Shown: positions 33,301 through 42,553, numbered from the stretch's first letter. The stretch: 64,000 nt of DNA from an uncultured delta proteobacterium (GCA_963803435.1 CAWDML010000012.1:96001-160000), one strand, 5' to 3'. Numbers and translations: made by a program. The notes: generated by a model from the letters alone, not told the origin.

Positions 33301-36300
33301 ACCCACTGCCGGGGATCGTCGTCCGCCTCCGCGATCACAGAGGCGTGCCGTTCAGCTCGCGACCAGTCGCCGAGCTCCTCGTAGATCAACCTGAGGCGCC
33401 GTCGCAGGGCGAGCGACTCGTCGTCATCGTCGGTGTGGACCAGCGCCGCCTCCAGCGGCCGCGCCACCTCGTCCCCGCTCTCGCCGAGGATCTCGCGCGC
33501 CTCGGCCAGCGCCAGGAGCCAGGCCTTGTGTTCGTCGGGATAGAGGTCGCGGGCGTCGCCCTCGACCAGGAGCGAGAGCGCCCGCGCCGCCAGCTCCACC
33601 TGGCCCAGCTCGAGCCCCTCGAGCCCGTTGGCGAGCAGCAGCTCCACCATCATGCGGGCAGCGCGGCCCCGGTGCTCGACGCCGACCCTCGGATCGTCGA
33701 TCAGCGGCTCCACCAGCGCGAACGCCTCCTCGGACCGTTCGGCAAGCGTCAGCAGCGTCGCTTGCTCCACCGCCAGCTCACCGCGCGTCTCGGGACCCCG
33801 AGCGTGCGCGAACGCGTCCTGGAGCGCCGACAGCAGGCGCTCCAGCGATCCGCCTCTCTCCCTCCAGAGCTCGGCGATCGCGATCCGCACCCGCTCCTGG
33901 CCCTCCGGGCGCTCGAGCGAGTCCCACAGGCCGCGCGCGGCCTCCAGATGATCCATGCGGCGTCGCCACTCGAGATCGGCGGCCACGCCGTCGCGCTCGA
34001 TCAGCGCCGTCAGCTCGAACGCCTCGGCTGCCAGCTCGTCCGGGAGGCGCTCGCGCAGCGAGTCCAGCGCACGATAGACGCGCATGGGATCGCGCTCGAT
34101 CTCCGCGTGGGCACGATGCACCAGCGTGCCGGGACCGAGCGAGGCCACCAGCTCGGCGAACCGCCCGTCGCTCCACAGCGCGTTCTCCAGCTCCGAGCGC
34201 GCCAGCGTATGATCGGGAGCCGCCTCGAGCGCCCAGTGGAGCGCCGCCTCGGCGTCCGCCTGCGCGCCGCGCTTCTGCTCCAGCGCCGCCACCAGCACCA
34301 GGGTGTCGGCGCGAGCGTCCGACTCCCGGCGCGAGGCGAGCACGGACAGCGCCGCGATCTCCAGCGCCACGTCGTTGGCGTCCGCGGCCCGTTGCGCGGT
34401 GATCGCGACCAGCGACTCGTCGACATCGGCGAGCTCCGTCAACCTGCGTTGCGCCACCAGCAGCGCCCGCAGCTCCTCCCTCGCGATGCCATGATCGGGA
34501 ACCGAACGCAGCGCCTCGCGGAGCGAGTGCTCCGCAGCGTCGACGTCCTCCTCCAGCTGCTGGAGCGTCGCCACCTCGACCAGCAGAGCAGCGCGCTCCT
34601 CGACCCGCTCCGATGCACCCTCGAGCACGGACGCGAGCGCCAGCGCCGCCGGCAGGAGACCGCTCCGCTCGTCGAGCCGCCGCAGCGCCTCCACCGTTCG
34701 GCGGAGCGAGTCGGGTGAGAGCCGGTCCGCGATCTCACGGAAGCGGCCTTGTCGCTCGAGGAGCGCGCGCAACCCCTCCGACGCCTCGGTGCTGTCCGGA
34801 TCCGAGGCCAGCGCCTCGCCATACAGCCGCTCTGCATTGTCCTCGTCGAAGCCGACGGACTCGACCAGCAGCGCGGCGCGCTCGGTGCCCTCCGCCAGCT
34901 CGGCCAGCGCCGCCAGCGCGCCCTTCACCAGCGGGCGGTCGCCCGCCTCCTCGGCCTCGACCCGGATCGTCCGCAGCACCGGGACGCCCAGCCTCCGGCC
35001 GATCTCGAGGAGGCGCCGCTGCTCCAGGTAGATCGTGCGCAGCAGCTCGCGGGCCTCCTCGTGCTCCGGGGCTCGCTCCAGGATCCGGCCGAGGATCAGC
35101 TCGGCCTCCTCGAGCATCTTCTTCTTCTTGTGCTCGCCCGGTGAGACCGGCGAGCGGACGAGCAAGCGCACCAGCTCCAGCTGGTGGACCGATTGCGCCG
35201 AGGCGTCCTCCTCCAGCTCGATCCGTCGCCGCAGCGCGTCCGCCAGCGCCTCCCAGTCCTCGAGATCGCGCAGCACGGGTCGCAACAGATCGAGGCCGCG
35301 CACCAGATCCGGACCCGGGATCTCCACCGCTCGGAGCAACGCCGAACGCACGGCCTGGAGCCGCGGCTGATCCTCGCCTCCGCTCGCCGCGAAGCGGTCC
35401 GCCACGTGGAGCCACAACGGCGCGCGCTCGAGCGCAGGCAACATCGGCTCGAGCGCGCCGGCGGCCGCGAGCGCACGTTCGCGATCGCGCTCACCCTGGG
35501 AGAGCAGCTGGTCGAGCACGGTACGCAGCATCCACGCGCCCAGGTTCGAGCCGACGTCCTCGAACCGATTCTGCGACGACAGCAGCTCGGCCAGCTTCGT
35601 CCGCGCCGGCTCGCACTCCCGATCGATCGCGATCGCGGCCAGGTACTCCTGCTCGGCGGCGTGTCCGTCGCCGAGCTTCCACTCGAGCGCCTCGGCCAGC
35701 TCGACCGTCGCCAGCGCACGCGATCGATCGTCCTCCATCCGCTCGGCCTGACGGCGGAGCACGTCGCAGTAGAGATCGAACCGGCCCTCCTCGAGGAACA
35801 GGACCCGCAGCCGATCGAGGGCCGCCTTCTGGAAGTTTCGCGGCGCGGTCTTCACCACCTGCTCGAGCACGTGCACCACGTCGGCAGCCCGACCGTCGAC
35901 GTCGGTGTAGAGGTCGGCCAGCGCCAGCTGCACCTCGGCGCGCTCCGCGCCGGCCTCCTCCAGGCGGGGCCACAGCGCCTCGGCGGCCTCGATCATCCGC
36001 TTCTCGGGACCGGTCTCGCGGACCTCGGCCCATACCTCGCGGAGCGCGTCGATCCCGAGGTTCTCCGCCAGATCGCCGAACCGATCGACCGCGACGTAGA
36101 AGCTCCGCAGCGCCTTCCTGGCCGGACCGTAGTCGGGGAGGATCGCCAGCGCCGCCAGATACTCGCGCTCGGCGGCGGCGCCGTCGCCAATGCGCCACTC
36201 GAGGACCTCGCCCGCGTGCGTCCTCATGTTCGCACGCACCTCCGGATTGTCGGAGAGATCGACCAGGCTCATCAGCATCCGGACCTGCGTGGCCCAGTCC

Positions 36301-39300
36301 GAGGTCCGCTCGGTCAGCTCGAGCCCCCAGTGGAGCGCCGCGGTCAGCGGCGTCGGGTGTGCCGCGATGCGCGTGCGCGTCGAGGGCGGGAGGTACTCGA
36401 GCAGCGGGGCGCTCGCGTGCAGGCGCTCCAGGATCTCGATCGCGCTCGAGAGCTCCGCTTGCGCTCGGGCCGGATCATCGACCTCGGTGCTCGAGAGCTC
36501 GGCGCGACGCAGGTGCGCCGCGGCTCGTTCGGACTGGAAGATCTCGCGCTCCACCAGCTGCCCGAGCGCGACCAGCTCCTCCTCTGGATGGCCGAGCGCG
36601 CGCGTGTACGCGGCCGCTGCGAACAGCGCGCTCGAGGATCGCGGCGACGCCGTGGCCGCTCGACGTACGAACTGGAGCGCGCGCTCCACGTCCTGCCTCG
36701 GCACCGGGTAGCCGGCCTCCACGCTCGCGCGCGGCGCCAGGAGCTCGGCGGCCTCCGCCCACAACGACGCGGCCTCGCCGCCGGTCTGCGACAGCGCCGC
36801 CTCCTCGGCCAGCGCGTCGACCAGCGCCTGGGGCTTTCCGATGTCGCGCAGCAGCGCGATCCGGAGCTGCCGTGCCGCCTCGTTCGTGTGGTCCGCGCGC
36901 ACCGCCGCCTGCGCCCGCGACAGCGCGAGCTGGCGGGTCCCCAGCTTCTCGTCGTAGATCCGCGCCGCGCGCAGGTAGTAGCCGCTCTGGCGCGACGGGT
37001 CGGTGCTCCGCTCGGCGGACTCCACCAGCACGCCGGCCAGCTCGGAGAACTGACCACCCTGCTCCAGGCGGCCGATCAGCTCCTCGTCCAGGAGGTCCGC
37101 GATCTCGGATCCCTCGGGTGCCAGCGAGCGCCCGCGGCGGAGCGAGTCGAGCGCCGCCCGCTCGTCGTCGAGCGCGGTGGCCTCGACCGTCGCCTTCTCG
37201 AGGAGAAGCTTCGCCGACATCATCGGCGGCGACACCACGGCCCGCCGGCCCAGCACCTCGACCAGGAGCGGATGATCGCCCTGCTCGCGCGCGTGCAGCT
37301 CGAGCCGCTCGATCGACGCCTCCATCCAGATCGCCTGCTCACCGGGCGGAACCAGCGCCAGCAACGCCCGATCGTGGTCGATCGCCCGGGGCCGCTCGCC
37401 GATCTGCGCGTAGAGCCGGGCGGCCCGTACGTGGAGGTCGATCGACTCTTCCTTCTTGTCTGCGTCGCTCGCCAGCCGCGCCGCTCGGCCGTAGGCCGCT
37501 GCGGCCTTCGATCCCTCCTGCGCACGCTCGGCCGCCTCGCCCAGACGCACCGCGATCACGGCGGAGGTCGGGAACTCTTCGGCCGCCTCCTCGAGGCACG
37601 CGACCGCCTCGGCCCAACGCTTGGCCGAGTCGAGCACCCGCGCCTGCTCGAGCCGCAGTCGCTCGCGCACCGCCGGATCCGCCGCCGCGCCGGCGCGCCG
37701 CCCCACCACGTCCGACAGGAGCAGCGGATCGTTCCGCTTCTTCGCGATCGACTCCAGGACGTCGAAGGCGGACTCCATCACCGCCGGATCCCCACCCTCG
37801 AAGGTCAACACCTCGATCGCGTCGTCGACATCGTGCTGGGCCTGCACGTCGTCGTTCAGCCGCGCGCTGATTCGCGCCGCCTCGACGAACCGCTCGGCCC
37901 GTTCGCTCGCTGGCGTGGTCGCGATGCGCGCCCGCCGCCGCATGAGCCCTGCCAGCTCCGGGTGCCGGCCGGCCGCGTGGAGGGCCTTCGCCAGCCGGGC
38001 GGCCAGCTGCCGGCCCAGCTCGCTGTCCGGAGCCGCCAGCTCGTGCGCCAGCTCGAGCGCCGAGGCCAGCTCGTTCTCGTCGCCCAGCGCCTCGGCGATC
38101 TTGGCCAGATCGACGTACAGATCCAGCTTGACCGAGTCGCCCGTGCCACCGGTCCCGTCCTTGACCAGCGCCAACCGCCGGTGCGCCAGCTCGAGGGCAC
38201 GTTCAAACCGCTCGAGCTTGATCGCGAGCGCGGTGGCGAGCGCGAGCCGCTCCAGATCTTGCGGCGCGACGTCGAGCGCCGCCGTGGCCGCCGCGTGGGC
38301 GTCGGCGTCTCGACCGAGCTCGGCGAGCAGGCGTGCGCGCTCGAGAAAGATCTCACCGCGGGCCCGCGCGTCGGGCGTCAGCTCAGCGGCTCGTGCCAGC
38401 ACGTCGGCGAGCCGGGCTCGATCCTCGCGCGTCCGATAGATCCGGGTGAGCGCGGTGATCGCGCGGGCGCTCCGCGGATCCAGGCCTACCGCCTCCTCAT
38501 AGGCGCGCGTCGCCTCCAGCTGGCGCCCGGAGCGCTCGAGCGCCTCGCCCAGGCGCGCCAGGATCCCCGCACGCTCGACGGGCGGATCTTCGAGGAGCAG
38601 CCGCCGATCGATCGCGTCGACGATCGGCTTCGGAGCGCCGATCAACTCCGTGACGGTGACGCGAAGATCCAGGAGCCGGCGGTGGCTCCGGTCCTGCTCG
38701 AGCGCGTCCTCGACGTAGGTGGCGAGCTTCTCCAGGCTGGCCCGATCGTCCTTGCCGAGCAGCGCCCGCTGCGCCCACAGCTCGGCGGCGTCGTCGAGCT
38801 CGCCGGCCTCGGCCGCCAGGCGCCCGCGCTCGAGCAACACCTCGGCGCGCCGGTCGTCCTGTCCGAACATCTCGTAGAGCCGCGCCAGCGCAGTGAGCAC
38901 CTCGGGCGAGGACGGGTCGATCGCCTTGGCGGCCTCGTACTGCGCGAGCGCCTCCTCGCGGCCGAGCTGACCCTCGTACAGCTCTCCGGCCAGCTTCCGG
39001 ATGGCGAAGGCCTCGTCGGCGTGAACGCTCTTCTTCCGCTCGAGGAGCGCGATCGCGCGTTCCACGGCCTCGATCGCGGCCTCGATACGGCCTCCGTCGA
39101 CCGCCACCTGCGCCAGCTCGTACAGCGGCGCCAGCGCCTCGGGATCGAGCTCATGCGCCTTGCGGAAGCGCGTCATCGCCGCCTCGCGATCACGTACCCG
39201 CCAGAAGCGCCCCAGCACCAGGCACAGGCGCGAGGCGCGAGGTCGATCGGCCTCGCGTTCGGCCCGGTCGATCAGCGTCTCGAGGATCGAAGCGGCGCGC

Positions 39301-40751
39301 CGCGGATCGCCCTGATCGATCACCGCCCGCGCCAGACCCTCGAGCGCGCGGCCGTCGTCCGGGACCAGCCGCAGCGCGCGCTCGAACTCGCGCTTCGCCT
39401 GCGCCGGATCTCTCAGCGGATCGCGCAGGAGCTCCCCGGCCACGATGTGACCGAGCGCCCGCCGCTTCGCGTCGCGACCGATGTTGGCGAGCCGTCGGGC
39501 GGCGCGCACCGCAGCGCTGGCCCGGCCCACACGCGGGAGCTCTTCGATCAGCCCCTCGAGCGCATCGGGATCATCCGCGCGCACTGCGATCGCCTCCTCG
39601 AGCAGACGCACCCGCTCCTGCGCCAGGTCCTTCCGGTGGCGGGCCGCCGCCATGAACGCCATCCCGGCCAGCCGGCGCCGACCGCGCTTGCGCAGCGCGC
39701 GGGCCGCTTGCTCGTAGACGATCGCGGCCTGCTCGGAGAACCCGTCCTTCGAAGCGAGCGCGCCCTTGGCCAGGAGCGCCGGCACGGCCTCCGGGTTGCG
39801 GGCCAGCTCGTCGTCCGCCAGATCGCTGGTCTCCACCGCGAGATCGGGATCGGCGATCCCGATCGACAGCACGCGCTCGACGACCACGTCGGGACCCCCG
39901 CCGGCGTCGAGGGCCGCCTTGATCTCACGGAAGGCCGCGGGGAGATCGCCCTCCGCCAGCTGAGCGGACGCGTCGGGCGCGATCCGCCCCGCCTCCTCGC
40001 GGGCCATCGCGAACAGCGCGGCGTCGTCGAGGCTCTCTGGATCCGCGATCGAAGGGCGCTTGGTCACCGGTTGCCCCGCGGCGAACACCAGGGTCCCGTC
40101 GGCGCGCGCCTCGATCGACCGCACCGCGACGTGTTCGTGTGCAGGCATCTTCCAGCCGTACGGCGGCAACAACGACCACAGGAGCACTTCGACCGGATCG
40201 AACGCGAACGAGGTCCGGCCCACGCGGCGGACCGACTGGCCCGCGCGCTCACCCAGACCGGCGAAGAGCCCGCGGATCGCAGCCTCGAGCAGATCGGGGA
40301 GCATGATCGCCGGGTACGCGACCCAGTCGAAGGAGAAGGCGTCGACCACGAACAGCCGCGCGGCCCTCGGCTCCGCCGGGCCCAGCACGAGGCTCGCCGC
40401 CACCGGTGCGCGACGCCCGCCGGTCACCAGCTCACCCTCGAGCATCAGGCCGCCGGCGTCGGGCACCAGCCGCACCCACGCCAGCGGGCTCTCCTTCGCG
40501 GCCAGGACCGCGCCGATACGCTCGGACAGGGCCGCCAGATCGATCGCGATCTCGACGTGACGGAGGCGGGTCGAATTGCGCTGAAAGTCCTTGGCACCCC
40601 CGGTGACGTCGAGCGGCAGCTCCACGTCGAGCAGCTCGAGGTCCAGCGCTTGGACCGTCAGTCCTTCGGCCAGGCGCCGGTCTCGGAGCGAGACCATCGC
40701 AACGCCCTCGGCGAAGCCGAGCGAGAGCCCGAGCGTCGGATTGGAGGCCAC
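27399..40751 (-). CDS. Giant (4450 aa) tetratricopeptide-repeat protein
   Basis: Uninterrupted 13.35-kb ORF with A/L/E/R-rich helical TPR-like repeats, a beta-rich N-terminal domain of about 230 aa, and a C-terminal ELRF...ADRFGLLVAG domain. Confidence 0.9.
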   Translation of the reverse strand: MASNPTLGLSLGFAEGVAMVSLRDRRLAEGLTVQALDLELLDVELPLDVTGGAKDFQRNSTRLRHVEIAIDLAALSERIGAVLAAKESPLAWVRLVPDAGGLMLEGELVTGGRRAPVAASLVLGPAEPRAARLFVVDAFSFDWVAYPAIMLPDLLEAAIRGLFAGLGERAGQSVRRVGRTSFAFDPVEVLLWSLLPPYGWKMPAHEHVAVRSIEARADGTLVFAAGQPVTKRPSIADPESLDDAALFAMAREEAGRIAPDASAQLAEGDLPAAFREIKAALDAGGGPDVVVERVLSIGIADPDLAVETSDLADDELARNPEAVPALLAKGALASKDGFSEQAAIVYEQAARALRKRGRRRLAGMAFMAAARHRKDLAQERVRLLEEAIAVRADDPDALEGLIEELPRVGRASAAVRAARRLANIGRDAKRRALGHIVAGELLRDPLRDPAQAKREFERALRLVPDDGRALEGLARAVIDQGDPRRAASILETLIDRAEREADRPRASRLCLVLGRFWRVRDREAAMTRFRKAHELDPEALAPLYELAQVAVDGGRIEAAIEAVERAIALLERKKSVHADEAFAIRKLAGELYEGQLGREEALAQYEAAKAIDPSSPEVLTALARLYEMFGQDDRRAEVLLERGRLAAEAGELDDAAELWAQRALLGKDDRASLEKLATYVEDALEQDRSHRRLLDLRVTVTELIGAPKPIVDAIDRRLLLEDPPVERAGILARLGEALERSGRQLEATRAYEEAVGLDPRSARAITALTRIYRTREDRARLADVLARAAELTPDARARGEIFLERARLLAELGRDADAHAAATAALDVAPQDLERLALATALAIKLERFERALELAHRRLALVKDGTGGTGDSVKLDLYVDLAKIAEALGDENELASALELAHELAAPDSELGRQLAARLAKALHAAGRHPELAGLMRRRARIATTPASERAERFVEAARISARLNDDVQAQHDVDDAIEVLTFEGGDPAVMESAFDVLESIAKKRNDPLLLSDVVGRRAGAAADPAVRERLRLEQARVLDSAKRWAEAVACLEEAAEEFPTSAVIAVRLGEAAERAQEGSKAAAAYGRAARLASDADKKEESIDLHVRAARLYAQIGERPRAIDHDRALLALVPPGEQAIWMEASIERLELHAREQGDHPLLVEVLGRRAVVSPPMMSAKLLLEKATVEATALDDERAALDSLRRGRSLAPEGSEIADLLDEELIGRLEQGGQFSELAGVLVESAERSTDPSRQSGYYLRAARIYDEKLGTRQLALSRAQAAVRADHTNEAARQLRIALLRDIGKPQALVDALAEEAALSQTGGEAASLWAEAAELLAPRASVEAGYPVPRQDVERALQFVRRAATASPRSSSALFAAAAYTRALGHPEEELVALGQLVEREIFQSERAAAHLRRAELSSTEVDDPARAQAELSSAIEILERLHASAPLLEYLPPSTRTRIAAHPTPLTAALHWGLELTERTSDWATQVRMLMSLVDLSDNPEVRANMRTHAGEVLEWRIGDGAAAEREYLAALAILPDYGPARKALRSFYVAVDRFGDLAENLGIDALREVWAEVRETGPEKRMIEAAEALWPRLEEAGAERAEVQLALADLYTDVDGRAADVVHVLEQVVKTAPRNFQKAALDRLRVLFLEEGRFDLYCDVLRRQAERMEDDRSRALATVELAEALEWKLGDGHAAEQEYLAAIAIDRECEPARTKLAELLSSQNRFEDVGSNLGAWMLRTVLDQLLSQGERDRERALAAAGALEPMLPALERAPLWLHVADRFAASGGEDQPRLQAVRSALLRAVEIPGPDLVRGLDLLRPVLRDLEDWEALADALRRRIELEEDASAQSVHQLELVRLLVRSPVSPGEHKKKKMLEEAELILGRILERAPEHEEARELLRTIYLEQRRLLEIGRRLGVPVLRTIRVEAEEAGDRPLVKGALAALAELAEGTERAALLVESVGFDEDNAERLYGEALASDPDSTEASEGLRALLERQGRFREIADRLSPDSLRRTVEALRRLDERSGLLPAALALASVLEGASERVEERAALLVEVATLQQLEEDVDAAEHSLREALRSVPDHGIAREELRALLVAQRRLTELADVDESLVAITAQRAADANDVALEIAALSVLASRRESDARADTLVLVAALEQKRGAQADAEAALHWALEAAPDHTLARSELENALWSDGRFAELVASLGPGTLVHRAHAEIERDPMRVYRALDSLRERLPDELAAEAFELTALIERDGVAADLEWRRRMDHLEAARGLWDSLERPEGQERVRIAIAELWRERGGSLERLLSALQDAFAHARGPETRGELAVEQATLLTLAERSEEAFALVEPLIDDPRVGVEHRGRAARMMVELLLANGLEGLELGQVELAARALSLLVEGDARDLYPDEHKAWLLALAEAREILGESGDEVARPLEAALVHTDDDDESLALRRRLRLIYEELGDWSRAERHASVIAEADDDPRQWVGLSELRVWLDDREGAERALTSAIEGTSSAPEAHEALVRLAEQAGETQKVIERLEAWAAADGSGERRARAERLLKAAWLAMSSDPEHSSMLAERAVELIPVRHEALEPIAGEALDVLAATDRHEAMVAVLTRVVSELVSGPSASRLRIRLADLLVQLSREDEARTVIEQGVHRETSADEPLVQRLVEDARAESGERSARRLLAMSDRLGAGAAARRLRVVGAEIAERSGDDQTARTAWSTLLSEVGLSGDESREARVALVRVNRRLEDWHGLLEALLEAAEDASKGDDRAQLLVEAAEIARDRLGDGAWAEALLKRAMVEAPQDRRTGDLLLDVLETHGRWMELDTALAERAETLSNDALADVLSQRAEIARTEIRDEARAAELLTEAFEASPTHPRARRAAEALLRGGGFAEAVKLVERAFELLGRDGDRRTVITLDLLRATAHDSAGQVDEAARVLASLAEYEPQSALVRARRFEVLSRYGRWAELAGALEASAGTVDLVTGLRYRLAAARLFLERVGDRAEAERALTDAVRMVEGWLGAPDVVIPEQLGWGPEDLEQIAPTHGSPLRHLAAMALELGNHPLRVDAYRLYAQSLPAGLAQWRALLSLASAEREAGDLDGAEFTLRGVVEAARSVSPRDRVEAERSLGALLLDRDNPKDAAEALRQAVALLDDSAEGEQAVRAQVLVQLAAAYRAMGDPKRALDALTEARTLATDVIAASDYEQAIEAAGPSEALAQLLERRAEAVTSPTDRARELREAARMWEAIGRRTRAFEPLLEAYSEDPANAEEAFRLQELLYRAERWGDLERHLARRVEVEDLRIDERVRLITERARVLATHLGRTRDALAVLEEARALQPTSIQLLEEIAERAHAVRDDALEQEALARLATLVTSSPAKRRALTERATILERGGELAGAGRCLEEALPLVEPARMRAIADRLARLQLGRGQADAAVRVWIHCSSRANGEEKAAYLARAAQIRLDQMGDSRGAIAAYEAAARAAPADLGTRRAVIELAKKVGDPGKAREHARAAVALAEDLGERDARILYLLEEARTSGALGDVEAELDAYARAFTARPASSSLLDELVARARATLPAERIAAMIEARIEEMDPGLVRGRHRLALARILSEPLGRHWEAQGQREEAEKVDFADLEDAPLLDPDKANGEAPVDENYRALRALLDRSGRWTELAELEERRAKSLKDPVEQAASLVQVGKLFAEHLPEDWPARRDEPHVQANLRRIRDVLVSALTANPEDVEALSRLARIEYLSRAWDRAAPVFRRLEKLGGPSWSAPDFEVAAARVALENDDVNLAVARALRARARDPGSLDALRVLAAACDRVEDAEGREVWIEDLVERLDPVVDAAEIGSLLLRRAEIARLRGHSDRARGAIERALQLTPDEPKARRLHQELMRAAGASRALVDFLERESSRSDVEDPRGSLLAALEVAKQSREQRRSLRIARRLERFISDETVRRRLIAFYAAMGDGEALLRIAVELGSVAGLGELSDGARIRLAAACFAVSRDDDAFDLLVTFLPEGDLTALERADLSLFDRAASEAVHRSAERWDRDSGDPMTVRSPRIVYRLRSIVGRLRSPRAISESGVRWLEGLYAASGGHDLFARPLADAYRAQRIHLEAAARIYRRLLAQNPTDLDLVSSLFRALGGEGANGKAVGARSVLALLGEGDETATFTPLTHRPAEKTVRTRLFHELTATWLGRLLRTTALPMAARLPGANVLPSSWVDASDDRRLADLVRLVREVSGVPFEVWLDLDGGERVSIAAGDPPRIVVGEALADDATPSELRFHVARAAMLIELGYLLAEGAGGPERQRYLDLLVKVASPESAVIVSPELVDQVDAIRGWLSVEDREALAALAIPVSQSTVEVDLEPWMKSAVAAADRFGLLVAGELWAALRGLRRTEPRTLGEPFGSSQERIASVKRWRSASDLIAFVLSADFAEVAHDDGQTSDLRF

Positions 40752-40796
40752 GCCGTGGGTTTCACACGGGCCTGTTTGGGGCGCAAGGTGCGCGCG

Positions 40797-41441
40797 TCAC
40801 CTGACACCGACGCCGGAGCACCCACGAGCCAACCGCATGAAGAGATCGCGGATCAGCTCGCCGGTGTCGCTGGAGGCACGTGCGTACGGCTCCGCCGCTC
40901 GGGCGAGGACATCCTGGTACGCCGGGTGCGGCTCGAGCTCGAAGCTGTGCCCGTCCGGATCGCCGGCGCAGCGCTCGGGCGGCCCGAAGCTGAAGTACGT
41001 GCGGCAGGTCTCGGGCCTGATCTCCCGGATGCCGCAGGTCCCCTGAGCCGTGAGGAAGACACAGGGAAGACCGAGCCGCGCGTAGACCCGATCCGGGTCG
41101 GGCCCACCGATCGCCCGATGGGCCTCGAGGCGGCGCCCGAGCTCGATCAGGACGCGCGCGACGTCGCCCGAAGACTCGACGTACCGAGCGATGCGCTCGA
41201 TCTCGAACGCCTTCACGCCCGGGACCCACTGATGGCAGCACTGAGTGCAACCCACCTTGCATGCGATTGGTGCGCCCCGGACCGCCTCCTCGCAGAAGGC
41301 GTCGAGCGCCTCGTAGACGATTGGAAGCCGCGCCTCGAGACGTTCCGGATCCTTCCGCAGGATCTCGGCCAGCTCGACCGCCTCGGCGAACGCCCGCTCG
41401 CCGGCGTGATCGGCCGCCTCGGTCATCGCGATCGGCACCAC
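40797..41441 (-). CDS. YkgJ family cysteine-cluster (Zn/Fe-chelating) protein
   Basis: CKVGCTQCC, then CVFL...GTCGIREIRPETCR. Confidence 0.85.
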   Translation of the reverse strand: MVPIAMTEAADHAGERAFAEAVELAEILRKDPERLEARLPIVYEALDAFCEEAVRGAPIACKVGCTQCCHQWVPGVKAFEIERIARYVESSGDVARVLIELGRRLEAHRAIGGPDPDRVYARLGLPCVFLTAQGTCGIREIRPETCRTYFSFGPPERCAGDPDGHSFELEPHPAYQDVLARAAEPYARASSDTGELIRDLFMRLARGCSGVGVR

Positions 41442-41488
41442 GCCGTCATAGTCCGGAATCGGCGCATTCGCTATTCAAGCGGCGCCCC

Positions 41489-42553
41489 ATGTTGCATGAC
41501 CGAGCCGTGCGGAGACGTAGGTGGGCAATCACAGCACTCATCGCCGCGACGATTGCCCTCCACGTCGCCTTCCTCGTCGCGGCGGCGCCGGCCCCGGCGG
41601 TCCCGCCACGCATTCGCTCGCCGTGTTCGGCGCCCGCATCCGCGACGCGCGCACCGCGACGCTCCCGACCTCCCTGGTGATCGAGGACGGCCGGATCACC
41701 GCGATTGACGGGCCCATCCCCGAAGACCTGCCGCGCTTCGACGCCGGCGGCCGGTTCGTGGTGCCGGGCCTGGTCGACGCCCACGCGCACATGCTCCGCG
41801 CCGGACGGTGCGGCGGGGACGAGGGCGTCGCGTGGTCGAACGTGCGCCAGATCCCGATGAGCTTCGACGTCGCGCTTCGCTACGGGCAGACCACGGTGGT
41901 CGATTCTCGCCGGGCCCCTCCGCATGGTGGTCCGGATGCGCGACGACCTCGCCGCCGAGCGCGCGCTGGCCCCCCGGTATCTGGTCGCGGGTCCCATCCT
42001 GACGGCGCCCAGCGGCTATCCGCTCGACTGGGCCGACCGCGAGCTGGTGGTGGATCAGCTCGAGGTCGTCGTCGAGCTGCCCGACGTGGCGACCGCGATC
42101 CGAACGGTCGATTGGCTGGCGGCCGCCGGGGTCGACGTCATCAAGATCGCGACGATGGAGCTCGCATACAACGAGCACCGCTCCCGACGATCGCGCCGCC
42201 GGTGTTCCGAGCGGCCGTCGAGGCCGCCCACCGCCACCACCTGCGCGTCTTCGTGCATGCCCACAGCGATGCCGGCTATCGAGCGGCGCTCGACGCTGGC
42301 GCCGACGTGCTGGCCCACAGCGCCTTCGATCCGCTCGCCGACGAGACGATTGAGCGCGCCGCCACCTCGAGCGTGGTGGTGCTCCCGACCCTCTGGGTCT
42401 TCGGCGCCTTCGAGGCCGCACGCACCGACCCGACGGTCCTCGCCGAGGCCGAGCGCCAGCTGGTCCCCGATCCCCCTCACCCGCGATCCGGAGCCGCCCG
42501 GCCTCCTGCGGACGCTGCGAACGGTGGTCACGCTGATCGAGGCGATGCTCTGA
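41489..42553 (+). pseudogene. Metal-dependent amidohydrolase, multiply frameshifted and apparently C-terminally truncated
   Basis: Fragments alternate between frames: an N-terminal TM/signal segment, VIEDGRI and VPGLVDAHAH, YGQTTVVD, AGPILT and GVDVIKI, then VFVHAH and LAH. Shifts near 41600-41630, 41904, 42180 and 42468. No GTD motif before the stop. Confidence 0.7.

Noticed and set aside
30222-41708. Very long plus-strand ORFs (1498, 1085 and 2174 aa) opposite the giant TPR gene
   Set aside because: They are antisense shadows caused by high-GC codon bias. The translations are R/A/P/G-rich with no motifs, and the minus-strand frame has the coherent repeat protein.
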